Assembly (NCBI GenBank): GCA_002633005.1
Contig: NMRA01001223.1
Coordinates: forward strand, 1-33,000
Length of the DNA stretch: 33,000 nt
Source of the DNA: Phoronis australis
Lineage: Eukaryota > Animalia > Phoronida
Direction of reading: 5' to 3'
Of the stretch, positions 1 to 12,056 are shown one piece after another; positions within the stretch are counted from its first letter, which is position 1; every line of letters starts with the position of its first letter. The notes below the pieces were generated by a model. It did no database searches, was not told the DNA's origin, and was given only the letters and a program-made list of their open reading frames with translations. A program made the position numbers and the translations under genes.

Positions 1-20
1 AAAGTACAACATACTACATA

Positions 21-124
21 TATGCCCTCTACTGGCCACTTTATGGTACCAATAAACAACCCTAGAAGGATACCGTTTGCGGTGCAATTGTGGGCGCATT
101 TCAATGCTCTGCGTTGCTCTTGTT
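21..124 (+). mobile_element. Dispersed repeat end (Helitron/Helentron-like non-autonomous element), copy 1
   Basis: 104 bp matching 10629-10732 with 5 mismatches by eye. Ends in a small hairpin (CAAYGC-TCY-GCGTTG) followed by CTCTTGTT. Family assignment is inference. Confidence 0.55.
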
Positions 125-413
125 AGTCTTTCTTGAAATAGGAATGCAAAGGGGGGGTCTTGGCTAACTAATGCTCTTCAATGAATGAACACCATGAGAT
201 TATGATCCGTGACCAGTTCAGAATTTAGTTATTTTCTAGGTGGTCTTAATTAAGTTAGACAAATGTGCTCATTTCAAGTGACCTAATTATTAGAGTGCAT
301 CAATTAAAGTCACGATAAACCATGCTGTGATGTCAAAAATCAACTTTGTTCACAGATGCGCTTGCACTTCAAAAGCCAAATCATCTTACTATTATCCTTT
401 GTTTGAATGGGAT

Positions 414-559
414 TTGGTTACAATGAGCCCTCTGCACTTCACCCTATGTATCTTGACAACTGAAACTAATCGCTGGTGACAAAAGCATTGGTTAGAATGA
501 GCCCTCTGCACTTCACCCAATCTATCTTAGCCACTAAAACTAATCGTTGGTGACAAGCG
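414..559. repeat. Tandem duplication of a ~74-bp unit (2 diverged copies)
   Basis: TTGGTTA(C/G)AATGAGCCCTCTGCACTTCACCC…CTAATCG(C/T)TGGTGACAA starts at both 414 and 488. Confidence 0.85.
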
Positions 560-789
560 ATAACGCGCTGTCATTTCTTTTCAAGCCTAAAAATTATTTC
601 TACGAAACAAGATCAGACTCATTTTAGGATACTTGGTCCCTTTAAGTCTGCATCTGAGTTAAAAAATGTAATATATTAATGATTTACTACAAGTAACCAC
701 CAGAATAAACATGTTGTTTGATTTGTAGCTGTAGTATAACAACTAACATTGATTTTAGTTATTTGTTGGCAGAAGGTATGGAGTGGTGT

Positions 790-1480
790 TATTCTTATCC
801 AATCTCTCTATTCCATCCTCCATCCTCTTCCATCTTCCTCATTGCTTCCAATCTTACATTCTCCCACTCACCACCCTTCTCTGTTCCTACGTCTCTTCAC
901 CTGTCCTTCCACTCCCTCTCCCTCCTTGCTTCGCTCTCTTGTTCCTTGATCAGTTCTATACTCCCTCCTCCTCTCCACCATCCACCTCCCCTCACTTACT
1001 CACCCCTTCTCTGCTCTCCGTCCAGCCTTCATTCTTTCACCCCCTCGTCTCCCGCTCAGTCACTCCCTCTCCCCCGGCCTCTGCCTCCTTCCCCTCACTT
1101 TCCTGTCCCTCGCTCAATCTCTTACTTCCTCCCACTGCCCCTCCCACTGCCCCTCCCACTTCTACTCCCACTGCCCCTCCCACTGCCCCTCCCACTTCTA
1201 CTCCCACTGCCCCTCCCACTGCCCCTCCCNNNNNNNNNNNNNNNNNNNNNNNNNNNNNNNNNNNNNNNNNNNNNNNNNNNNNNNNNNNNNNNNNNNNNNN
1301 NNNNNNNNNNNNNNNNNNNNNNNNNNNNNNNNNNNNNNNNNNNNNNNNNNNNNNNNNNNNNNNNNNNNNNNNNNNNNNNNNNNNNNNNNNNNNNNNNNNN
1401 NNNNNNNNNNNCCTCCCACTGCCCCTCCCACTGCCCCTCCCCCCTCCTTTCCACCTCCCTTTCCACCTCCACTCTTTCCG
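790..1480. repeat. CT-rich low-complexity tract with a 12-bp CCCACTGCCCCT minisatellite (1131-1440), interrupted by an assembly gap
   Basis: Repeated CCCACTGCCCCT / CCCACTTCTACT units on both sides of the N run. Confidence 0.85.
1230..1411. other. Assembly gap (182 N)
   Basis: Run of N within the minisatellite. Confidence 0.99.
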
Positions 1481-1600
1481 GTCGCCTATCCTGTTGAGTT
1501 TTCATCCAAACGTCATCACTGTTCACCAGTCCAAGTCAGTTTCAAGGAATAATTACTTTGAAGAACCCATTACACCTTAGTGGCTGATGATGCATTGCAG

Positions 1601-1681
1601 AAATCACTTGAGCCAAATGATAATGACGAGAGTTCAACAGCAGCTGCGGAGGTCGGGGGCAAATCATCCGGAGACCAGGAG
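1601..1681 (+). CDS. Tec/Btk-family kinase, probable linker exon upstream of SH3 (KSLEPNDNDESSTAAAEVGGKSSGDQE)
   Basis: ttgcag| acceptor and GAG|gtaaaa donor. 81 nt, open, phase 0/0, compatible with the phase-0 SH3 exon. No conserved motif, so moderate confidence. Confidence 0.6.
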
Positions 1682-2754
1682 GTAAAAGTCATGTGACCAG
1701 TTTGTAAACAAGAGTATGAAAATGTTCTATTCAATGACTTAATGCTGATGACTTCTCCTCAAAAAGTCAGTTATAATTAGTGTTTCTACTGTTTACAAGG
1801 ATGATTTACGACCCTTAATGGAACACCTCCTGAGTGGCATTTTTTATGGAACGCTCTTGTTGGATTGTACATCTGTTCTTGGAAGATGCGATGCAATGCT
1901 GTGTCGCCACTTAAAGCTTAAACTGGCTCGGTCACATATATTAAAAACTCAACTCGAAGCTACAGAGATTGAATTCTAAGTACATTATCATTCAAACATG
2001 TAGTAATGATATATAAGCATATCTTATTTATGGTATATGGCTTATTGATTATTGGTTTTTAGTTATTTACTCATTTATGTCTGTGTAGCAAGAGATCTTG
2101 CAATTCTGGCTCTGGTAGGTAAGTCCCGGAAAAGAAAAGAGATTGCACAAAAATGGAGTTTGAGCAACCATCGTAAAGTTAATGTAAAGTATAAAAATGA
2201 ATGAAATGAAAAATAACTCCGCTTCAAATAAACCAGTGGTAAGTTCCATAATCAAATTACACCTAATGTTGGTAGTCTTGCACACTTTGTAAATAGCTGG
2301 ATGCAGGCTTGCACATTCTGTCTCTCCCAGATAGTGTTACTAATGCGCTGGAACATATATGTATAGTCTTAGTCGTGTTATGTTCTGAAAATCCACCGAG
2401 AAATGAAATAATTAGAGTTCCATGTTCACGATGAAGTTCATGTTTTGGTGTAGGTAGTCTTCTTAGACATTTTTTTTTGGTTTGGAGTTGATATTTTTAG
2501 CCACGTTAAGGGAAGGGTACATATATGCTATTTGTTACTCATGGTTACTGAAGTATTAATTGAGTGTGAATGGTTATGTTTCACCAATCAGATATAAGTA
2601 GCAATGAAACTGCAGTTGCAGTCAAATACTATGCACAGTGTATAGTGTTTGATAAGTTCAACTTAGACAAGACATTGTCTTCAGAAAATCTACTAAAACA
2701 TAAGCCGTTCACTAGTTTTTGTTTTACACATTCCATTCTCAATACATTTTTCAG

Positions 2755-2786
2755 AGTAACATAGTAACATAGTAACATAGTAACAT
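2755..2786. repeat. (AGTAACAT)x4 short tandem repeat
   Basis: Four exact 8-bp units. Confidence 0.9.
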
Positions 2787-3643
2787 AAGGTAGAGTTATT
2801 ATCAGAAGTTAATCTTTTAATGTACACATTGACTGAGTATGCATGCAGCGACATTTCATGAAACAGGGGTGTTGTATTATGTCCAGGTGGACAAAGCTCC
2901 GTGATGGGGCAGATATTTCATATCTTTAACAGCATACCCCTAGTCATGTAAACTGTGTAGTCCACGGCATATCTAAGACGCCACGAGAGGGAGCTTGATG
3001 ACAATTTCCAAAGGACAAAAGCTCATGTTAGCCTTAAGAATAGTGTAATTTCCCTAGGCAAAAGTTAAGGATTTGTATGCGATTGTAGTTTGTTTTTCAC
3101 TTTTTGGGCCGTGCCTCATGAAAAATATCTTACTTTGACACCTTAACTGGTCGACATGTGACAACTCAGACGGTTTGCGCACCACATAATCTGCAGGTTT
3201 AGATCAAAGATACCATCATGTTGTATTTAAGTAAATCACCCCAGGCTGCTGTTATCATTCTCTAGATAATGAGATCCATCATAAACGCATTAGGGGGCGA
3301 CAATAGAATTCTTGAATTTTCGTTTTGAAAGTTATCTTTGTAAATAGCATATTTTAATAGTTTGTGAAAAGCAAATGTGATTAGGTTTTTGGATTTTGAA
3401 AATTGGACAAAAAAGTGACTTTTTACAAAATAAAACATTTGTTTAATGTTACCATATGTTCCTCAATAATTCTGTTGGGTGTGCAACATAATTGGGCCAA
3501 TTACCAAACCACCAGGCAGCAGTTGGATTTTGAGGTAAACCAATTGTATAACCCACGTGAATCTGTTTATGGTGGTTTGCGGATCGCAAGTTCTCAATTA
3601 CTTTCAACCTGAGTGTAAAATATTGACTTTTCTTCTACTGTAG

Positions 3644-3780
3644 CCAAAAGCCTACGTCATTGCGTTGTACAATTATGAAGGAGAGCTGACCGACCAGGAT
3701 TTGCGGCTGGTGAAAGGAGAAGAGTACGCTGTATTAGACAACAGTCGAGAACATTGGTGGAAGGCATGCAACAAAAATGG
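3644..3780 (+). CDS. Tec/Btk-family kinase, SH3 exon 1 (PKAYVIALYNYEGELTDQDLRLVKGEEYAVLDNSREHWWKACNKNG)
   Basis: ctgtag| acceptor and GG|gtatgt donor. SH3 motifs ALYxY, DLxLxKGEEY and HWW as in Tec/Btk29A. Confidence 0.93.
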
Positions 3781-4711
3781 GTATGTGAAACTGTCTGTGA
3801 TTAGTACATTCATGCTTTTGGGGAAAGTGAATTTTGAACGGAATTACATGGTATAATGGATTAAGAACTTGAATGGTAATTTTAGTGCTGCGTAACCTAA
3901 ACTGGGTGTTCAAGGTAGAAGTGTATTTGTGTATCATATTTGTAGAGTAAAGTTAGAATATGCTTTCAATTATTAGTTGATGTTTCTTTATGACATTTTT
4001 AAGTGTAGACTTACTTTATTCATCCTAATGCATGCACAAGTTTCTTTAATTAAAATATTTGGGTTTAGATTTAATCCAAGAATGATTTCAAAAAGCGATT
4101 TCTTGAAAAAGTCATTGCGAGTAGTTGCTTTATTTGGGAAGTCTGTTCATGGTCAAAAATTAAATAAAAAAATGTTAGAATCCTGGCAAAGTGCTGCATG
4201 ATAGTTTTAGGTTAGTGAGCATTTTGGGCTACGGTGGGGAGGTAACTATTTTGCAGGATGGTGTTCCTGTACAAAAGGCCTAATGAAATTGACGTGAAAG
4301 GTCAGTGAAAGTAGTTCTTTGTGAATCCTGCTCTTTGTCATACAGCTGTTCCAATTGGCCTATTTAAGAACACACAGTTCAAAAGGTTTATCGTCCTGGC
4401 CGAGAAGGTAACTTTTGTTACCCCCTATGAGTCTTGAGTCGCCCAGCCCAGAATGACTTGGTGGCGTTATGAAATGACCAATGACAAAGATATGTAACGC
4501 TAAGGATCTCAATTCCTAACTGTACAAATTAAAGGTGGGGTGCAATCAACTATAGGTTGTATACAAAACTGAAAATTTTGAAAATTAGGGGGTGGGCGTT
4601 TGTTGAACATGGGTGTCAAACTAGACAAATACAGTATACCATTTTTGAAGTGTTAAGGTACTATTCTTTGAATTAATTGACTTTTATAAGTTGAACCTGT
4701 TTACATTTCAG

Positions 4712-4789
4712 TGATGTTGGTTATATTCCTTCAAATTATGTCCAAATTAAAGATGAGGACGACACAAGAGAAAATCTCAACAACTACGA
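4712..4789 (+). CDS. Tec/Btk-family kinase, SH3 exon 2 (DVGYIPSNYVQIKDEDDTRENLNNYE)
   Basis: tttcag| and GA|gtgagt, phase 2/2. Canonical SH3 C-terminal GYIPSNYV. Not in the ORF track. Confidence 0.93.
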
Positions 4790-6328
4790 GTGAGTTAAGT
4801 CGTAGATATACAACTATTTGCTTGGAACGAGAGAATACTTATTAGGAAGGAGCTTGTTCACATGAGTATTTAATACTGAAATTTTGCAGGTATTTTATAG
4901 AGTTGAAATTGCAAAAAAATATTTATTACCTGTAAACAAAAATTGCTGAGAGAACGATGAGAACGGCACTGTTATGCAATTTCACTGCTTAATCCTGCTG
5001 TGTGCAGACTTGGACTTGCCTGTTCATCATCATCCTGACATTTTTTACAGGTGTTGTTTTTGAAGTGATTTATATCTGATTCAAGTGCACAATAATGATG
5101 AAGCATTTCGTCAAATTCTGTATGCGCGTCAAACTGGGACAGTGAAGCTGTTGTTTCACTCACACATAAGCTTGGTTCAGGGTATGATACTTACCGTAGC
5201 ATAGAGAACACAGTGTGACTCGGGGAAAAGTCTTAAAGAGGTGTGGGACGTGAATGCTCATCAAAAATATATTTTTAGCAATTCCTGGGAAAAGAACTAT
5301 CTCGCAACATCTACTACAGTAATTCACTTCCCCTGTGAGGGAATTTACACAAAAAATAACAAAATTCATGATTTTTGAAAAACTGATGAAGGAAAAATTC
5401 TGTAATCATCATAATGTTTTTAATCTTTCTCCTACTACTATAATAAATGTACGCATTCATTAACAGTCATTCGATAAACAGCTGAGGATATTAATGGCAG
5501 GTTATCATGTGTGATTGCACACCAATTCTGATGTTGACTCCGCAGACTGGAGCAAGAAAATTAACAAAGATAATTCTAAGTGTATTGTAGCTATCATACT
5601 TTTGTAACTACTTTTGAACACCAATTGCCTCTTAATCATTCTGCTGCTTGATGTCGCCATTGTTTTGTTTACATCAAATGTCAAAGGTCACATTTTTCAT
5701 ATAAGGGAAATGTGCTATGTTTGTGTCTTGCCATACCAAATAAGGAGATGTGGTTTGCCTTGCGGAGAAAAATCAACGAAGTGATGAGCAGTTTTCAATT
5801 TTTTTTTTAATTTGAGATTAAAAGAAAAATGCTTTGACATCAACAGAAATTCAAAATCTTTACGAGCAAATCGTAAAAATAACTAGTGAACACACTGAAT
5901 TCTGTTTCAGTGGCAGAGAACAGCTTTGAATAATGCAATTTATTCTGTTTTATGTGTTCTTTTAAAGAATACATTTGGACATTAAATAAAACAAATGAAT
6001 TTTCTCAATCACCATTTATATCAAAGATAAAACCAAATACTCTAAAAAATCAAAAATGTCAATTTTAGGAAAATAACCCATCTTTAGACCTTTTGGAAAT
6101 GAAATTGGGTTAGCTTTCTGTCTTGAATTGCTACGTTTGTGAACATACTTTTTCAAATCAGTGTGTTTTAAAACTGCAGGAATTTACATTTGAATTAGAT
6201 TTTTCATAGTGAATGGTTTTAAGTAAATTGTAGTAGATTTGTTTTGTCTTGGAAAGCGTGGTCACTGTTTCACTTGATATTCAAAACTTTAAGTTGGAAA
6301 TTTCTTATTTTCCTTCTTTTCTTTTCAG

Positions 6329-6463
6329 ATGGTATTTTGATAACATCTCTCGAGACAGGTGTGAAATGATGCTCAAAGAGAGTGGCATAGCTGGCGCGTT
6401 TCTGTTGAGGGATTCAAAAATGAAGCCAGGCCAATATACATTGTCTATTCTTTCAGGTGAAAG
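6329..6463 (+). CDS. Tec/Btk-family kinase, SH2 exon 1 (WYFDNISRDRCEMMLKESGIAGAFLLRDSKMKPGQYTLSILSGER)
   Basis: Long pyrimidine tract + cag|, and AG|gtcagt donor (phase 2). SH2 signatures WY…SR and GxFLLRDS with the phosphotyrosine-binding Arg, plus YTLS. Confidence 0.93.
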
Positions 6464-7504
6464 GTCAGTCACTTTAAGTTGATATTTTGCTACTGTTTGC
6501 TGTTTTGTTGATTCATCCCGGGTCATCCTTTCTGAGCCCAAAATAATTAAAGCAGACTTAGCCATGTGTTTAATATGCTTTGAGTTCTCTTCAACTATCA
6601 CACATAGGGACGCTTTAACTTACTGACGGGGATCATTACTGGATGCCCCTGCACAGCTTTTTATTTTGATGATATTAGAAAAAAGTTCGCCTGTCTCCAA
6701 AAAAGTCACATTTCAGTAATGTCAAAAACAGCACTTTAATCTTTTACACTCAACTGTATACAGTGAGTGTGTGCAAGGGAGTGAATGAGAACCTGGATAT
6801 AATTCGAAAGCTATTTTTGGGGTTGTGCAAAACATATGCAATTACATACAAAGTCATGTCAATACCCAACACACTGACAAAATGTTTTTTAAGGAAAAAG
6901 ATATATTTTTATAATTTACGGTCGTCCTATAAGTAGACATCCTTGTAGATTGTGGCGACAGTTGTGACTATCACTGCAATCTGACTTCCTGTTTAAGTGA
7001 CCCAATGACACTGTGTTAGTCAAAGAGAGGCAAGCATTCATCAACACTAGTCATGTGGGATACTGTCTCCAGGTTACCTTGTGTCAGTTGTCAGCACTGG
7101 TCCAATATTAGCGCACTTGGGTGATGATAAAAGCGGGGAGTTGATGGGACGTATTTTTGATCGCATTACAAAGTTTTACATGCTTATACGTCTTTAAGGC
7201 ACAGAAAAGTGCGAGTCTGCCTGAATGGATTTTTCAAAATGTTCTCGCTATCCTATTTCTTGTTTTAACATCCTTCTGTTTACTTTATTTGGTTTATTAT
7301 TTAGTTGTCTTAAAGTTGTAAAATATGTTCTATTGTAAGTCAAAAATGGTGTATTGAATCAAAAACACATTAAAAATAGTCATATTTTTCAATTATTTTA
7401 TTTGTAAAAATCAAATGTTTCTACATTAAGTTCAAATCAAAGTGACTAGTTTTCATGATCCATTGCATTCATTTTTATTGCACATGTTTTTATTAATTTT
7501 TCAG

Positions 7505-7632
7505 GCCTGACCGACCTGTTGTCCATCATTACCATATCAAACAGAACAACGAAGGCCTACACTACTTGTCTGTGGACCATCCCAAAAGCTCAATAGGGGA
7601 ACTTATTAATTACCACAAGTATAATGCTGGAG
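7505..7632 (+). CDS. Tec/Btk-family kinase, SH2 exon 2 (PDRPVVHHYHIKQNNEGLHYLSVDHPKSSIGELINYHKYNAG)
   Basis: tttcag| and G|gttagt, phase 2/1. HYHIK and ELINYH motifs typical of Tec-family SH2. Confidence 0.92.
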
Positions 7633-8215
7633 GTTAGTTCTGTTTCTCATGACAAAATCCCTGCTATCTCCCTATGGGTGCTGTGAGCCATGAATAGCCT
7701 AGCAGTAGACCTGGATCATTTATTCATGGCCAGACTTTCCTTAGGAAGGGATATGTCAACAGGACCCTTGTATTTTGGTTGTTACTGAGCAAATGACTTA
7801 TTGAACATGGCTGTGAAGCTGGGCATGACAAAGTAACCAGAATTTCAAGAACGTAAAATCTGAGACCTCTGGTGAACAACAAGGAAATGTTATCTGTTAG
7901 TGCAAGCTTTAAATCGCAGTCTCATGTTTCTTGTAATTTGTAACCTTGCTAATTCAACATCCCGTGACAACAAGTGGAAGACAACAGCGAAAACATTGAC
8001 CTGGACATCGTCCAGACGTTATGTTCATGTAACTTTTTGCCAGAACACCTGATGATGATATGTGTTTGAGGCTTAGGCCAACTGGCTGAAAAAAGTAACT
8101 TTGCCGGATGACCTAGTGGTTGCTGATTTTTGACGTGATAATCCCCAGCACCTGGCAGGAAACTGTTGGATTGTACACATAAGCTTTATGTCTAGCATTG
8201 GATGAAAACCCTTAA

Positions 8216-8687
8216 GGTTATGTAAGACCCTGGAAAAATGTTCAAATTTGACTAACTTTGGATCATGATATCTCAGAAATGGCTGATCGGATTCACGCGA
8301 ACCTTTCAGATACTATGCTTTGCCCACTATACTCCAAAACGCCGGTAGGAATTGTTTTTTAATTGTGCCACTGCAAAATAGGACCCCTGTTTATGATTTT
8401 CATGAAAACGATGACGAAAATGAAAAGATATTTCAGATAACTGTAACTGTTTCATCGTTGTTGATATCTTATCTTGAACATTTAGTAACATTATATTTGA
8501 CCTCGTTATTGACACTGTATCACAGTGACCCAATTGCTAAATATTACTAAAAAGTCGGTCGTATGACTCAATTATTGAAAAAAGTAAAACATCACATCTT
8601 ACAGGTTTCCTACTTCCACAAAACGTATATTTTTAATGAGTTAAAGTTTAGATTTTTTAGATATTTGGTTAAAAGTCCTTTGTAACC
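8216..8687. mobile_element. TTAA-flanked non-autonomous DNA transposon (Kolobok-like MITE)
   Basis: TTAA at 8212-8215 and 8688-8691 flank imperfect inverted termini: GGTTATGTAAGACC versus reverse complement GGTTACAAAGGACT. No coding capacity. Confidence 0.5.
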
Positions 8688-9412
8688 TTAAAGCCTAACT
8701 TCAACGGAATTTTGTTACTTTAGATGTATTAGGCTAACCAGATAGTCCTAGCAAAGCCTCAGTAAAATAAGAAAACGCGAGTTCAATCACACAAATGTAA
8801 GCCTGTCAAATGATAAATGAACCTGCCTTTTCGTGCCATGGTGCGTCACCACGAGATCCCAGCACAAACAATAAAAGGCCGATAACAGTTGTATTGAATA
8901 GAGGTCTGAATAGAACACCATTGCTTGTGGGTGTTATTCGCAGCTGTTTGAATTAAAAGGTGATTCCCGCGGTGACCTAGACAAAAGCGAGCCAATACGC
9001 CTAACAGTTTGTTACATTTGGCAATTTGTGTCACTAGTGGGTTCAGAGCGATGCTCTTAACATACTGTAGGAACCAATTTTACATGTGTTACCATGTGTT
9101 AATCTCATCTATAAAAGCTGCCCCTGGAGTTAGCTTGTGACATCGGCATGCATATGGTTTGTAAGGCAGCGCTAATGTCAGATACTTATTTGCAATAAGT
9201 CAGGATGTAAAAAGTTATACAAAATATAATGATCATTTTGTCTGCTATAATGTATGTTTAATAGCTAGTCAGATGTTGTCTTTGGATAATTTTTGCTGCA
9301 GCTTTTTGTTATGACCATTTCAAAAAGCGCCACCTATAGTACAACTGCTTTTTTGACCTCGCACAAGTTTGGAAGAGTGAGGTTTTGTACTGTGGTACTG
9401 TTTCACATTCAG

Positions 9413-9546
9413 GTCTAGTGTATCGGTTGACAGAGCCGATGCGCAAAGGCAGCTCTCCGCCAACGCCTGTGATTGGTCATGACAAGTGGGAGCTGGACCC
9501 AACGGAACTCCAGCTGGGCAACGAACTGGGCCGAGGCCAGTTTGGG
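9413..9546 (+). CDS. Tec/Btk-family kinase, SH2-kinase linker and start of kinase domain (GLVYRLTEPMRKGSSPPTPVIGHDKWELDPTELQLGNELGRGQFG)
   Basis: attcag| and GGG|gtacgt, phase 1/0. GLVxRL, HDKWE and the Gly-rich loop LGxGQFG closely resemble Btk29A/Tec. Confidence 0.93.
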
Positions 9547-10457
9547 GTACGTAGTGACCAGTACTTCTCGCTGTGGTACCTATCTTGAGTAAACGCTGAG
9601 TTTAAATTTGGTTGATGGAATTGTACACATAGCGCATGGTAATGCTATTCAATAGCTAACTTATGAAGTAGCAGCACCGTATTGAAATTCACCAACCCGC
9701 CAGACAGTGGTTAGGTGTTATGGTGGACAGACGTTCAGCATCAGCTACAGATCCATCTAATGTGGATGAGAGGTTTCAACCTACTGGTATAAACAGCATT
9801 TGAACATCTTTACTGTTGTCAAAATGCTGTGCAGTGGAATGCACCAATGCCTTATGAAAAAAGGCAACTCTCTTCAGATATCAACAGATGAACTAAGAAA
9901 TCATGTTCCATACATTTCCCACTGCGACGAAGAACGCCCCCAAACTAAAGCTCATCAAACAATAGGAGGGGCTGACAGTTGAATTTATTCCTCTGCTTTT
10001 ATATTGATAAGTCACTATGTAGTAATTGANGATTGTGAAAATTGGCATGTAAATGTTCTTACTATGAAGAGGACGGTTGACGCTGAATTTCCCATGACTT
10101 TGATTATTGTGGCACCTCCTAGTGGCAGTTTTTTTTGCGCCCATGGCTGTATCTCCCAAATCGTTTGCAGGATCTTTACTTAATTTAGCAAGTGTATTTA
10201 TGTGATGTTGACAATGGACGATGACGACTTTAGGATGATTCTGACTACTGGTATGCCTCTAGTGGCAATTTTAGTATTTTACATTGACCTCTGTATTTTC
10301 ATAGGTCTTCAGTTGTATACTTTGTGTTACTTCGTGACTATGAAGGAAAAGCTCCAAGTAGAAATTTGTTTCTGGCATTCTAATGCTGTGCTAATCTCGT
10401 ATGTTGGTAAATTTGTTTTTAATTCTTTTTTCTGTGGTGCTTTAAGCAACTGATGTT

Positions 10458-10617
10458 TAGGATGTGCTTGTTTTATGAAGATCACTCACATTTTGCCCCT
10501 AGCCTATTGAGGAGACAATGACCATGCCTTTCCNTGGTGTATAGGATGTGCTTGTATTATGAAGATTACTCACATTTTGCCCCTAGCCTATTGAGGAGAC
10601 AATGACCATGGCTTTCC
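10458..10617. repeat. 76-bp direct repeat on either side of a single-N contig join (10534)
   Basis: 10458-10533 versus 10542-10617, 3 mismatches. The first copy ends exactly at the N. Confidence 0.85.
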
Positions 10618-10628
10618 ATTTTGCAAAG

Positions 10629-10732
10629 TATGCCCTCTACTGGCCACTTTATGGTACCAATAAACAACCCTAGAAGGATACAGTATGCAGTGCAATTGTG
10701 GGCGCATTTCAACGCTCCGCGTTGCTCTTGTT
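10629..10732 (+). mobile_element. Dispersed repeat end (Helitron/Helentron-like), copy 2
   Basis: ~95% identical to 21-124, with the same terminal hairpin and CTCTTGTT end. Confidence 0.55.
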
Positions 10733-10880
10733 TTGATTATTTTATCGCTCATAACTGTCTCAATTATGTATGCTTAGACGATGAACGTTATTTTATTCAT
10801 TGGGTGAATAATTAAATGCGAAAACTTTGTTTATTAAAACTTCTGGAACTTGTTATGAAGTAAATTTGCTGACATTGCAG

Positions 10881-11030
10881 AGGTGCCTGGCGCCATCGAA
10901 TGGGGATTGGTCACTGACTAGCTTCCTTGAAAGTTTCCAGTCATCAGTCCGCAGTAGAAGGAGCCAGGAGGCTCCACAATATGGAGAAATTTATTTTATG
11001 GTACCCAGTTCCAGAAGGTTTGATTTATAA
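10881..11030 (+). other. Possible terminal exon start of the + strand gene (frame uncertain)
   Basis: ctgac branch-like motif and ttgcag| followed by a GC-richer stretch, then long UTR-like sequence. None of the three frames (RCLAPS…, GAWRHR…, EVPGAIEWGLVTD*) shows a recognisable kinase motif. Confidence 0.22.
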
Positions 11031-12056
11031 TTTTGTCGCATTTTATTATGTATGTTTTATGTTTCAATTTCTGAAATCAAAATGTTATGGACAGTTCCGC
11101 TGATAATGACATGTCAATGCCTGTGATGTCAGTTCATCGGGTGAAAGGGTGTTTATGGATGGTTTTGGTACTACATGGTTTGTAAATCATTAAACTCCAC
11201 AGAAAGTACAATAGATTTAGAACATGTGTGCTCTGAGTGGAGTTCCTTGGAATGTTATTAGTTCTGATTCACCTTTTTGTTGTGTCTATCATTGATATAT
11301 CTGAAGTTCAAGTTCTCTCAGCAACTACTAACGCCACCTTCTGTTTGAGCATGCAAGCTGTACACTTGCCTGGCAGCCCTTATTGTTTTGGGTGAATTAC
11401 AACCTTCAAGTTCAAAATGTTTGTGTCCAGTCTTCAGCTACAAGAATTGTGTCTGTTTTACTCCGCTGACTTGTACTAATTTCTCATACTAATGAGATAT
11501 AACTGTTACTTGAGACCAACTTTATGGGGGTAACTGGTCAAATATCAAATGTTATTGTTTGTAATGTCAAAAATTGCTCGAAGCTGTTAAGTCAAGGTTT
11601 CTAGTGCACATCACAATTCACAAATTTAGTTCTCCTGTTGTGCCATCAGTGCAGCCAGCTGTGTTGCGTGTACATGTGTGTGATGCAATCTTTCTTCAAA
11701 ATGACTCTTGAACCACCATCAATAGTTGCCAGGAATTTCCATAAACAGACCCCATGGCCTATATTTGAACGATTTTTGTGATTACAGACCCTTGGGTCGT
11801 CTTTTGTAACCGCAATTGCGATTTCTCAAGCTTGTAGAGTTTCCTAAAATGGACAGTATCTGTCAAACCAAAACTATATTCATGTTATCAGTCATCAGCT
11901 CTGATTCGTTTTAGGTGCCCATTTTTATCATGTCATTTTAGGCATATTTCACAACCAGGCAAACACTCAACGCAAGCTAATTTAAAATAGGCTTTGTGCC
12001 TGTACACCCGTGGTTTCCAAAAGTATATCGGAGCTTTTTGTGTACCACAAAGATAA

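Noticed and set aside
718-1580. Long Pro-rich ORFs that could pass for the Tec proline-rich region
   Set aside because: They are translations of a CT-rich tract and minisatellite plus N-gap, open in several frames on both strands, and end at stops before the 1601 exon.
9690-10450. Short ORFs after the last kinase exon as possible catalytic exons
   Set aside because: No kinase subdomain motifs in the frames I translated or in the ORF track.
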